In this document: one piece after another, positions 41,111 through 52,929 of the stretch | Numbering within the stretch: position 1 is the first letter of the stretch | Layout: each line of letters begins with the position of its first letter | Source: Paraspadella gotoi | Taxonomy: Eukaryota > Animalia > Chaetognatha | DNA: 63,997 nucleotides | Direction: 5' to 3' | Assembly: GCA_051294375.1 (NCBI GenBank) | Contig: CM119266.1 | Coordinates: 26,773,932 to 26,837,928, forward strand | Program-made: the position numbers and the translations under genes | Notes under the pieces: generated by a model | The model's database searches: none | The model's input: the letters and a program-made list of their open reading frames with translations, nothing else | Told to the model about the DNA's origin: nothing

Positions 41111-41619
41111 TCTTATCTTCCTTAAGGTCAGGCCTGACCTTGCTTCTTCCGCGATTTCTCTGGTAATCTGGGTCGAGAACTTGTTCTTGAGCCATTTGCT
41201 CGAAATTGGTTTCGAAACTAGTTCGCGATGCAATTACCGCCTGAGTGTCTTTGAGTCGATTTAGTTTTCTAGATTTTCTTTCGAGTTTTCTATATTTTTC
41301 ATTTTCGTTTTCCATTGAGTCGTACTCCTGTTGCCGATGTAAATTCTCTTTCTTTCGGCGTTTTCAGTGACGTCGTCGTCGTCATCTGAGGCATCGTCGT
41401 CGATATTGACGCTGCTGTAGCTGGCGCCGCTGCTGCTGCTGAAGGGGAAACTGTCGCCGTTAGTGATGCTATCGCTGCTGCTGGGCTGCTGAGGCTGCTG
41501 ACGAGGCCGTCGATTTCGTCGCTGTCATCATTATCGACGTCGTCGACGATCTGGTGTTTGATGACGTTATTGAGTTTCGTTGGCACGAATTTGACTTGAG
41601 TTTGGCCGCAAGAGGGAGT

Positions 41620-42205
41620 TGGCCACAACGTTCGCCTTACTTTTTAAATAATGCACGTCTGTCGTAAACTCAGCGATCACTGAGAGCTGATACAACTGAC
41701 GAACGGTCTGAGACTCTGCTTTCTTTCGATCTATCTTCAACCCAGTGCCTGAATTGGCGACAGCTTTGAAGGCGCCGAAAAGTTCTTTATCGAACGGAGG
41801 CCATAAGCGTTGGTTTTTGGCGAGCTTGACCAGAAAAAGGCCAGAGGCTTCCATCCTTTTGGGCCTCTTTGCTCCAGCACTGCTCCAACGGCCAAATCTG
41901 AGGCATCCGTTGTGATGCAAAGTTTTGCTCCAGTTCTAGGATGATGAAGTAATGCCGCTTGGATCAATCCTTCTTTTATGGCCTGAAACGCTTGTTCACA
42001 GTCGTTTGTCCAGTCCAGGGTTTTGGCTTGCCACTGAGGGCCTTGTACAAGGGAGCGCATCTGTGGGCGACTCTGGGATGAAACGCCTGTAGTAATTTAA
42101 TTATCCCCAGAAATCTCTGCAGTTCCTTTATCGTCGTGGGTCGAGCAGTTTCTCTGTAGCATTTGAACGCGTTCTGGAAGCGGCCTCACTCCGTTCTTAT
42201 CGCCC
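41620..42205 (-). pseudogene. pol: Gypsy pol fragment: RT thumb/connection and RNase H, copy B
   Basis: Same motifs as copy A (TTDASDLAVGAVLEQRGPKGWKPLAFF) and the same missing TDH segment. Confidence 0.93.
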
Positions 42206-44570
42206 GCTCCTTCTCTTTCTTCTCTCCTCCTCCCTCACTGACCCAGCCCCAAGTCCCCCACCCTGTCCCCCACCCACCATCCCCCCTTTACGTTTTTTGC
42301 TCCCTCCTTCCTCTTCACTGCAGCTTCCACGCGAGACGGGTAACGAAGAAGAGAAAGAGCAAAGAGAACAACAACAACAATGAAAAAGATGGAATGAGCC
42401 AACAATGACAAACAAGCCGACAACATGGATGCCCAATAGTAATCGAAGAAGCCTACTCAGTCGTCCTCAAAGAGATGCTGAAGAGACAAAAGAAGTTCAA
42501 CGACAACAATATCATTGAAAATAATAAAACCCCCCTGTCGACCTAATCGACAGTTGGAGCTTCTTCTCCCGGCATCCTCGGTCTTCCTCCGTCTCCGTGC
42601 TCCAACTGTCAATTGTACACTTATTATATAAAGTATTTTATGTATTTTGGTATTTTTCGAATTTTTGTAATTTTGGTATTTTTCATTTTGAAAACTTTTT
42701 GCATGTTTAAACCCGTACAGAGACCTGGTTGTGAATATTATTGTATTTTAGTAGCATTACTATATTATTTATCAACATTCTGTTCAATCACTCAAGATAG
42801 ACGACAACAATTATTTTGTTCTAATATTTAAGTCCATATATTTATAACAGGGGGGATGGAGCCGCTCGAGTGAATCAAATCTATTACAGAAATAATTCCT
42901 CCACTTATGGGATTCGAACCATCGAACTCAAGCTCTGGACGACCTGAGTTACAACTCAGAGCCATCCAGACGGCCCTGATTCCTCAGAGAATCTTAAACC
43001 ATTTTAAACGAAGTTGGCGCCAAATGGCGCCCAAGACATCTTTTGGTGAACAGAGCAACTGTTTTAAGAAAAACAAAAGATTTCTAAATCGAGATTTAAA
43101 GCTTTAAATGAAAAAAAATCGCTGAGAAATCGGGGCCGTCTGAGTGGTCCAGAGCTGTAGCTCGAGTCACTCAGAACTTGAGTTTGACGGTTCAAATCCA
43201 ACCATGGATGAATTATTTCTTATAAAAGATCTGATTCGCTCAAGTTGCCGCATGCCCCCCTGTTGTAATATATGGTTAAATATATTAAAACAAAAATGTT
43301 GTCGTCCATCTGTGTGACTGAAAGTATGTTGATAATAAATATATCAAAATATATAGTAATATATACAATATATACAACGGTTTAAAATTGTGCAATGAAA
43401 AATAAAATTTCACAAAATCTAAAATTGAAAAATTGAAAAATATTCACAAAATAACAACAACAAAAATTTACAAAATACAAAAACACTATGGTAACGATGT
43501 AATATTGACAGTCGGAGCGAGGAGACGGGAGGAAGACCGAGGATTCTGGGACGAAGATGCTCCGACTGTCGATTAGGTCGACAGGGGGGTTTTATTTTTG
43601 TTTTCTTCGTCATTCTGTATTTTTTGACGTCGAAGCATCTCCTTGAGCACGACAGAGTCAGTGGGTCGATTAGTGATTGGCATCCTGCTAGAAAAGTTCT
43701 CTGGCATTGGTTTTGAGAATCTTTTGATCGTTTGTTCGTTTTTTCCTTTTTCATTGTTGTTGTTGTGATTCTCTCTTCTCGCTTCTGGGGATTGACTCGT
43801 CTCGCGTGGAGGCTGAGGAGAGAGGGAGGGAGGAAAAAACGTAAAGGGGAGGAGGGTGGGTCGGGGGGAAGGTGGGGTGGTGAGAGGGGGAAGGAGGAGG
43901 AGGAGGAGGAACCGGTTCGGGCGACGCTGCGCGTTGAATATTTGAACGAGTTGTATGAGTTGTTTCTGCCGGCGTCCTCGTTCGTAGGCCGGGCTGGCGG
44001 CCTGCTGGGCGTCGCTGAGGATGTCCCTGATCAACCTCAAACGTCTCGTCGAAAACCCACGCTGGTTTGACGCGGGTGATGTTTAGCGTTTCACGGCCTT
44101 TACTTGGGATTTTGATGGTGACGTTAAGGCTGTTGGTGTTACAGCCTGATCCGAAGCTCAGGACTGATTATAATGAACTGTTCTGTCACTAACACATAAC
44201 AATAATTACTGTCTCTTCAATGCGTACATTTATGACGATAATAATGAGATCACAGAAGCTTGCCCCTTGCCCCTTGCCCCTTGCCCCTTGAGAGAAATTG
44301 TTTTTTTCTTTTTAATGTATATATTTAAAGGATTTTCTCTTTTTTTTTCATATTTTTTCCTTCTTCTCTTCACATTTTCCCCGTTCCGCATCGTATATTG
44401 AATAGGGAAACAAAGGAACAAGTCCTGAAACATAAAGGGGAAGTTTGAGGAAATAATCTACGGATCAAAACATCGTAAATTGAGATGTAAAAGGAAAATA
44501 ATTTCTGAGACGAGCGACGATTGGTGAGAAACAGCGTAAATGGAGCTGTTAGAGACAATTCGAGTCGCAG

Positions 44571-44640
44571 TTTTTAGTCGGATCTGCTTATCAGCAGATC
44601 CCCACTCTATAATTCACTTTGTCGGTCCGTCGGTCAGCCC
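44571..44640 (+). mobile_element. Helentron/HINE-like non-autonomous element end
   Basis: tttttagtcg, hairpin ggatctgct-tatc-agcagatcc, actctataa..cacttt, then gtcggtccgtcggtc microsatellite. A similar arrangement is on the minus strand at ~59785-59880. Confidence 0.4.
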
Positions 44641-44679
44641 CCTCAATCTTGTCGGGCACTCACTTATATCATGTCAGAA

Positions 44680-44717
<38 letters not shown>

Positions 44718-44744
44718 TATGCACAAATTTCAAACCAATCTGTC

Positions 44745-44790
44745 AAAACGCTGATGAAGGCTTGTAAAACAAGTCGAAACATGTCTGTTC
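44745..44790 (+). ncRNA. Minimal type I hammerhead ribozyme of Penelope-like pseudo-LTR type
   Basis: CTGATGA (44751-44757), an extra A, stem II GGCTTGT-AAA-ACAAGTC, GAAA (44776-44779), palindromic mini stem III ACATGT, GTC cleavage triplet (44783-44785), short stem I aacg/tgtt, and AATAAA at 44798-44803. Confidence 0.8.
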
Positions 44791-44899
44791 AACTATAAAT
44801 AAAATTTGTTGCAAACAAAAACTTTGTCAATTCTCTAATTAATAGTAACAACGAAAAAGAAAGGATTACTTCAATATGTCGATAAATTATGCAAAAAAA

Positions 44900-45430
44900 T
44901 GATGCCCGTCCGTCCGTCCGTCCGTCCGTCCTTCTGTCCGTCCCACCTTAGCAAAAAACACCAATTACTCGTGATTGGATGGATAAGAATGAAATTTTGT
45001 GTGTGGGTAGGGAAGTGTGTGATTAAGCTGGAAATCAAGTTTCGATGGAATCGTCTGAGTGGAAATGAGTTTAAATGGAAAAAATAAAAAACTAAAATTA
45101 TGCATCTTTTTCTTTTTATATTAAATGTAAATGCAATAATAAAATATTAATTAATCAAATACTTAATCAGTTAATTAATTAATTAGTCAATTAATTAATA
45201 AATAATTAAATAATCAGTCAATCAATTTAGTCAATCATTATTGACATTATTCTCATCGTCGTCATTGCTTTTGTCGTGGTTAGTGACGAAAAGACCTAAA
45301 AACAAACATTTGGGATCAAATTAATTAATTAAGTACCTAATTAATTAATTAATTATTAATTATTTAATAATTAATTAATTACCGATAATGATCGTGGGCA
45401 GATCCGACATTGTTTGCCCAAACTTGTTGA
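44900..45430 (+). mobile_element. DINE/HINE-like (Helitron superfamily) non-autonomous element remnant
   Basis: (GTCC)n microsatellite at the start, AT-rich (TAAT)n interior, and terminal hairpin tgggcaga...tttgccca followed by aacttgtt. Confidence 0.4.
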
Positions 45431-45600
45431 GTTGTTTCTTCATGGTTTGTTTCACGTCCAGTCCTGCACAAGACGTTTTTTACATAACACATTGTAATAT
45501 CTGCTATGGTACCTTAATAATTTGATGGTTGGGCTTTAAATTACGAATCTGTTAAAGTCTTAATCACGAAACTAAATTAAAAGAATATAGCCAGGTTCTT

Positions 45601-45719
45601 TGGGAGTGAATAAACAAGTCTGTGAGAGAGGCTTGATTAAAAGCTTGCAGAAACCTGTTATGTTATTATCTTGCGAGTGTGATGGAGGCCTTAAACCACC
45701 AAAGCCTGTCCAAAGTCAG
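45601..45719 (+). repeat. Unclassified ~120-bp dispersed repeat, second copy at 58039-58155
   Basis: Both copies begin tgggagtgaataaac and end with an identical 41-mer gtgatggaggccttaaaccaccaaagcctgtccaaagtcag. Confidence 0.9.
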
Positions 45720-46199
45720 CGTCGTAATAATTCGAAATACGAAAATTAAAACGATTTCAGCGCGCGTCTTTTATCTCGTAAACGCGAATAATTTAAAATA
45801 AAGACTCTTCCGCCTATCGAATTTGCGCTTTAACTTTAACGAAACGCGTTTTCTTCTTTAAAATCGGTTCTATATGTGTTTCGTTTGAATTCTTATTTTT
45901 GATTTGGTTTTCCCTTTTTAAAAGGAAAATTCTTTAGTTCTGCTCTCGTCGGCTTGCACATTGTTTCTTTTGGCCATTACGCAAGTTTGGCTTTCCTGGC
46001 TTAGTACTAAGGGTTGGCTTTGCTTTTATATCTCGGTTTCGTGTCTTGTTGGTTTAAACGTTGAACTTTTTGAACACTCTGGTCTACACTCGTCACATCC
46101 TCACCAAGGGCGGGTAAACTTAGGCACCCATTCCATTATCCCATACGCATTTCCGGACTTTTAACTACCACAGTTGGCAGCATCCCAAACCTCATGTAG

Positions 46200-49100
46200 G
46201 AGGAAATATTATAATCTGCAAACAAGGCTCATGAAAGATTGCTACTCTGGCTCGTGAACATACAGAATTGAGGGTGAGGGTTTGACTAGGAAAGGGAAAG
46301 CTGAGAATACAAAAGCATTACAAGAATACGTAAAGAAGAATCCACATATTCAATGATCACATTGGAAGAGTTACTTAAGTCATTAAATACGCCAGCCAAT
46401 AAACAATGCTTATTGCTCCTCAATGCTCCAAGTCTGTTTCAAATGTCTGGAGATTCTCAAGCTCAAGGGCTTAGTCAACGGGAAGCCAAATGTAGTGTCA
46501 GGAGTTAAAATTAAGGAAACGCGAAAGAAAGATATAAACATCGGAATATAAATTATAATAGGATCGTAGCGACAAAAAGAAAGGGAGACAGGAATGCATT
46601 AGAATTGGAAGAGCCAAGGGAAACTGCAACAAGGAATGGAAGAGAAGCCAAAGCGGAAGGAGAGAGCAAGGGAAGGCAGGAGAAGCAAGTGGAATTAAAA
46701 CAATTTAGCCTTAAAATTAAAAACCAAAGGCGAAGACAATGAGAAAAAGAGGGAAACGGAAAGGATGATCGAAAAGGCTGAATTAAGTAAATTAAATGAC
46801 GATATCCAAATTTTACAAGATGATGCTCCATTCCTACACACACCCGGTTTACGCAAAGACTCCTTCTGCCTTTGACAAGGTTACACATTGGGAATGATGA
46901 TGAATAAACAAGAGAGGGGCAATAGGGCAATGACTTGGGTTCATTTGCCTGAAGCTTCTACTTTAAATCATGAAGCTTCCTGCATTTAAGCTCTATATAA
47001 AGAAGGCAGACGAATTTAACCCAAGCTTTAGGCACTAAGACTCCGGTTCCTCATGGCATTATTCTAAACCCCCAACCATTGAGATCACACTTGCTGAGCC
47101 AACAGCATCTGGCAATTCTGGATTCCCATCCACTCCTCAGGTTCCATCCCAGCCAATCAAAGCTATCAATTCGAGCCAATGATGCCTCCACCTTCATGTT
47201 CTTTCAGCTCCTACTCAAGCCCTTGATCCCAGCATTATTGTGGCATCTTCGGCTAAACTGGAGCGAGCACGACCTAAGGAAGATAAGAGGTGGAAGGGTG
47301 ACAGCTATAGTTTAGCGTCATTCCTATCTCGGTTTTATTTGATGTAGAACGACTTCCTGGGTAGATGATCGTGAAAAGTATCTCGAGTTGTTGAAATGGA
47401 CGACTGGTGAGGCTCATAATTCCATTAAGCAATTTGAAAATGAACTGGATGGCACTAAAGCTTTAGGCTAATGCTAAACAAAGTTAGTTCATCACTGGGG
47501 TATAAGGCAACATACTGCTGCTGAAAGATTACGTGACATTATAAACAAGACTACTTTAAGTAAAGGGCGATCTTGTTGGTCTTGAGAAAACTATTATGGA
47601 GCCTTGAAAGAGGCTAAAAACACTGCTCTCATGTCTGGGGATTATGAAGGTTTTTCTAACATCGATCTTGTAAACAATTTGATTGATAAGCGCAATTCCA
47701 TTTCTACGTGATAAATGGCAATACTTCCATCACAAGTTGACCGTTTATCGAAAGCAAAGGAACAATTTGACCATTCTTATACTTTTCTGGTATGATCAAG
47801 TCAAACAGCTGGAGTCTCCATATGCTCGTTCCAAGTTTTCCTCCAAAAGATGTTATTAAAGTGGCAGCTGCTAACACTTCCATGACTTTGCAATACTCTA
47901 GTAGCTCCAATCATACAAATGAGGATTCTTGGAGTAATGGCTCGGCTGATGAAAGAAATCTAGTGGCTACAAAAAATTTTAATGACCAGTAAAAGTTTTA
48001 ACATGCCCCCTTTGTGCACTAGTAAACTATTATTTGTCTGTTGTCCTACATTTTAAAATGGGACCAAGTGCAAAGATTTGAGTATGCCAAAAGTAATCGT
48101 TTATGCTTTCGGTGGTTTGAATAAACATAAAATCTCTGACTGCAAGATCACAAAGTTATTCTGTAAGACATGTAACTCTACAAAGCCACCTTTCTTTGCT
48201 TCATCGGCAAACAAAAGAAACTCAAAGCAGCTGATGATTCCATAACCAATGTGAAACAAACAAGTTCAATGCCATTGCCATCCACAAGTACAGATTTAAC
48301 ATCTGCACAGGTTCTTGCTACAAATGATGGTGGTGTACTTTATCGACCTATAGTCGCCATTCTAGTAATTACAAGAACAAAGGTGCATATGTTTATGCAT
48401 TATTAGATACGGGTAGTTACAAGAACATGTTGTTGCCACAGAACTAGCAGAAAGATTAATCTACCCAGACAAAAAGCATGGTTAACAAGTGTCAACTCTT
48501 GTACGACCAAGACTGAGCTACGTTCCAGCAGTCCTCTAACTTTAAACTCCTTAGATGATGACTTTAAGCGAACACAACGTCTGTTGTCATAGCTCAGAGC
48601 CTTTCAAATGGAAATGTCGTCATTCCCCACTTCAGACAAGTTACAAAATTTTCCTCATTTGAAGAATATAACCTTACATGAAACAGCGCGGTCCTCTTAA
48701 AATTGATGTATTAATAGGTATGGATCTTAATGCCAACTCTCTTGTGCCTGATGCCTTTTCTATGCGTAGAGGCCCTCAGAATGCAACCATGTGCGGTTCG
48801 AACACGATGGGGGTGGACGATATTTGGAGGAAACTCTTCAACCCTGCTCTCAGTTTGGAGTGTGATGCTATTAATTTTAACAATAAAATTTTGTTACCGA
48901 AAGTTGGATAACCTTTTCCATCATGAATTTAATGACCCATCTGATGAAGATAAGAATCGTGAGTCAAAGAACGATAAAAAAGCTCTTGGAGTTTTAAAGG
49001 ACTCTATAAAATTTAGTTAATGGGCATTATCAAGTTGCATCACCTTGGGAAGGGGAGTCGGACAAAAGCTTCTGAGGTCTTAGACCAGATGCCCATGCTG

Positions 49101-50398
49101 AAATGGCAGCTTGAAAGATTAAGAAAGGTCGCAGTCTGTTCTTAAGAACGAACATGGAAATCAAGATTAATGTTGTCGGATCAAGTAGAAACTTGTTGAA
49201 GGAAAGTTGTGCTTTCCCTTGTTGAAATCCCATTAAAAATGACGCAAAGTAAAACCAAAGTTTTTTGATTTGGAAGAAATCCCATCTGAAAAAGCTTGGA
49301 GTATAATTTCTGATGTTATGACTGGTTGTTTTGGGTTTAAAATAAGCATTTTAAAGATGGGGAAAAACAATTATAACCAGAAGAAAGCCGTTTGTTCAAG
49401 CAGCTTCCACTTTTGATCCATTAAGCTTCACAGCACCCTTCATACTCATTGCTAGACCAACAAGTTTCAAATTTTTTGTGCAAATAAAATGGGAAGGGAT
49501 GATATAATCTCAGAAGGAAGAACCAAGCAGATTGGAAAATCATTATTCCATCTTGAGGAACTCTCCTCCAAAGACATGAAAGAAATCATCTCCAAAGAAT
49601 TGCACATGTCTAGTGATGCATCTATGGAAAGTTATGGGGTTGCTGCATATGAAAGATTAAAAGAGATAATGGAAATATATTAAAGTTTCATTTTTCATGT
49701 CCATTTTTTCACGCCATAAATTTTTTGGCTTGTCTATTTCCTACAAAAAGAAGACCAGTTGATGCTTTTTTCAAAAAGCTTTGCTGTAATGATTCAGAAA
49801 GTCTGGCAGTTTTACCATAATGGACCAGATTATCTATTACATGAAAGACTGAATGGCCTATTTGAGAATGCTTCTGCAGCTCAATCTTACGCCTATCACT
49901 TGATTGGCTTTGCGATTCAGGTCTTTACAAATATCAAGGAATCCAGCAATCTAAATGATCCATGCAATCAAATCTTCCACCTGGGAAAAACTCTCAAGGC
50001 TTGCAAAATTTTACATGGTGCATTTATCCAGTAAAAGATCTTGGCGCCATGCAAGATATGGTAGGACTTATTACTTTTCCTGTCTCATACTACATGCCGC
50101 TGTTCTTTTTGACGATGGGGGTAACCTGATCCTTCTGCATTAAAGACGACGCTAATCGCACTCTTGATTGAAGTGGACCGAATTGAACTGAACATTTCAT
50201 AAAAAAAAATAATTTTTTTTGGTTCCTAATTTTATACAAATTTTGTCTTATGATTTAAAAGTAGTTACCTTACTTGGCATGCTATCTTACTGTTGATTTT
50301 AAAATTGTTTATGATATTTAGTTATCATTTTAAAGACGTATAAGTTGCCCTCTATCTATAAAAAATTTAATTTTTATATCTGTCGATAGATGGGGGAT
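46200..50398 (+). mobile_element. Decayed BEL/Pao LTR retrotransposon internal region with many stops, frameshifts and internal deletions; 5' boundary approximate
   Basis: Gag-like REKYLELLKWTTGEAHNSI (~47370), Cys knuckle remnants (~48000-48190), protease VYALLDTGS (Asp codon 48406), IDVLIGMD (~48700), AVRTRWGWTIFG, GHYQVASPW, ASTFDPLSFTAPFILIAR (~49400), Pao RNase H-like ELHMSSDASMESYGVAAY (~49600) and YHNGPDYL (~49815), in BEL/Pao order. Confidence 0.9.
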
Positions 50399-50782
50399 TG
50401 TTAAATTTTTATTTGTTACGAGATAGTCTCTCGGTTGTTTGATGCCCTTTTTATTATTGAATTCGTATTTCTGTTGCTTACGAAGTATCTGAATTGATCA
50501 AGTATTTTAAAAGTCGCTCTCTGATTGGTTAGTCCTTATGATTGTGCCTTAACCAAAGATATAAAAGAGATGTGCTTACCTAAAACTAAGAGGATAAGTT
50601 ACCAATGATTCGTGACAGTCGGTAAGCATTTAAAATATATTTTGTAATTTTATGGTTAAGCTTAAAGTTGACTATTTTTAATAAGTTCTTTTTTTTGTAT
50701 CTTTAGAAATAGTCTCCCTTCTACTTGCTTCACGTCTCACGCTCATGTTATGTCTACTACAATAAATATTACTAAATTTACA
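50399..50782 (+). mobile_element. Probable 3' LTR of the BEL/Pao element (384 bp)
   Basis: Follows the purine tract gatagatggggga(t). Starts TGTTAAATTT and ends AAATTTACA (TG...CA, imperfect inverted ends). Contains inverted CCAAT (ctgattggtt, 50521), TATA-like gatataaaag (50558) and AATAAA (50761). No matching 5' LTR was found. Confidence 0.7.
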
Positions 50783-51006
50783 TTCTTCGAATCTCTTAAT
50801 AAATGAAAGATAGAATAGCAAGTCAGAAAACACTAGCTCGCTCACGGCGTTACGGTAAAATAAACTCAATAATCATGTACCTATGGCCGCTATGCATATG
50901 GATTTGCCTATGCATTTGAAATATGTTCGTGTTGTTATGAATTGTTATGAATTGTTATGAATATGATAATTATTTTTATGTATCTAATTTACGTAGTATT
51001 GTTCAA

Positions 51007-51052
51007 ATCCGTTTTACTTCCGATCCGTTTTACTTCCGATCCGTTTTACTTC
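51007..51052 (+). repeat. Three copies of 16-bp ATCCGTTTTACTTCCG just upstream of the RING gene start
   Basis: Two perfect copies and one truncated copy. (GTTATGAATT)x3 also lies at ~50934-50962. Confidence 0.9.
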
Positions 51053-51104
51053 AAATCCGGCAACGAAATGTCAACGCCCAACGGCCAAGCCTGTCATCAA
51101 ACGG

Positions 51105-52080
51105 ATGCCGTACATGGTAATTAGTTGATTAGCCATACCAATTTTTATTTCGCGGTGATATATATCGTCTTTTGACTACCTTTAGACAGTTTAATACTTT
51201 TTTTTGTTTATCAGAAAAGCCGGAAGGATCATGGCCGGATTCAGACTCAGATTAAAACAGAAGCGTTTGTTGTCGCGTCGGCGAAGCCAAAGTTGGAGCG
51301 GGAGGACAATGACAAAGCCGAAATCCCGGTCAAACGAGCGGAGTTCTCTAACCAGGTCTCTTTCAAGTCGGAGACATGCGAGTGCCAACGCTGTCTCGCT
51401 CTCTATCCGTCGTTCGCTCTTGTCCCCTGCGGCGTTGGCCATCGCTTTTTGCTCGGAATGCATCCGCCGCCTCGCGGTAGAGAGCAGTGACGCTGGCGTG
51501 GATTGCTTCGTTGTCGGCTGCGAAGAGCGCATCGGTTCGAGACCGCGTCGAGAGTCTTCGACTTCGTGCGATGCAGGATTCTATCTCGGAATATGTCCTC
51601 CGCATTCCGCCGAGCAGAGGCGGCCGAACAGCGACGACAGATAGCAAGTTATCAGGCGATGCAGGCGCGGAAAGATGCCCGACGGGTCCTGGATCAGGCA
51701 CGGAAACAGGCGCGCAAGTTTAGGCGAAGGGCCGAGGAGTTTCTCTGGAACGCGCAGGCGTTTCGGGACCAAGCACGGAAAGAGGCGGCGACGGCGGCGG
51801 CCGCGGTGGCGGCGGAGCGGCGGCGAGTGAGGAAGAGGAAAGGAAAGCCGACGTGGGGGTGGAGCAGGCCATGTATGAAGCGTGGCTTGCAAAGTATGAA
51901 GCTTGGAAAGCAAAGCAGGAGGCGTATCAATCTAAAGAAAGAGCCTGGAAAGCAGAGGAGGAAGCGAGGAAAGCGAACGCCCAGGCTTATGAGGCGAGGG
52001 GTCAAGCGATGCGCTACGGGATGTCCTTTGGGGGCTTGACCATTCTTGCTAATTCTTGCTCTTTTTTGCAAATATCATAA
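51105..52080 (+). pseudogene. RING-finger (C3HC4-like) plus Ala/Glu/Arg-rich coiled-coil protein gene with several frameshifts (pseudogene or sequencing errors); probable intron 51117-51214
   Basis: ATG|gtaatt donor and tttatcag acceptor. CQRCLALYPSFALVPCGVGHRF joins CSECIRRLAVESSDAGVDCFVVGCEERI if one T is removed from the T5 run at 51446-51450. Helical segments RRAEAAEQRRQ...ARKEAATAAAAVAAERRR and YEAWLAKYEAWKAKQEAY follow. Stop at 52080, AATAAA at 52184. Confidence 0.65.
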
Positions 52081-52929
52081 TTTTAATTGATATTGATATT
52101 GCGAGTATTTTCGTGGTTGGTCGTTATTTTTGTTTTTTCTTTTTGTATTCTTTAAAAATGTTGGAGGTCGTAAATCTGCTACCAATAAAACTGTTTTGTT
52201 AAATAATGAATATGATTGCTTCATTAGTAGTTTGTAGAGGATTTGTAGAGTAAATTTGCGGGGAAAACAGTTAGAAATGTGAAATTAAGGCGATGATGGT
52301 TTGGTCTGGGAATAGCGACAGGTTACCAGGTTAAAATAGTTATTCTTAAAGAAAAATACTGTAACATTTTTCTCTCTAATTTCAATTACTGTATTCTGGC
52401 AATTGATGCCTTTTATCGAGGCGTAATTCTGGAATTGTCAAAGTCTCGAGCTCGAGAACTGAATACAACCATAAAAAAAATTGTACAATTTCAGGGGGTA
52501 TTAATTTTTTTACTGCAACCTGTCAATCATATCATCAATCAGATACGGTATAGACTATAGTCATAGTGTATAACAAATTTGAGGCCTACATTAAATTTCA
52601 TCTAAATTACTACAATTCTAATCAGACGAGAGAGCTTTTTAAAATTGGTACTGTCATTGCAAAAATTATACATTAACTATAAGAGCTTAGTAGGGTGGAT
52701 GACGGAAAATATCACAGGGCCTCGCTATCGAGCCAGAACGACTATATTCTTTCAATATTTTTCTCCCACTATTTGACATAACTGCTCGTACCTAATTAGA
52801 ACGCGATTGATATCATTGACGACGGTTGATATTATTTGTTATCTGAAATTTCCATGTCCAATTGTCCGTCCCAAATTATTCGCGCTTGATCCAATATTTC
52901 CATTCCCCCCCGCCGACCCCTCATTGCAG

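Larger units (their letters stand above)
37398..44130 (-). mobile_element. Rearranged Ty3/Gypsy (CsRN1/Kabuki-like) retrotransposon cluster, ~1.7 tandem copies of a ~3.89-kb unit
   Basis: 37398-40199 and ~41289-44130 are near-identical direct copies. The minus strand carries RT C-terminus, RNase H and integrase motifs. No gag, protease or YxDD RT core was seen. Confidence 0.95.
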
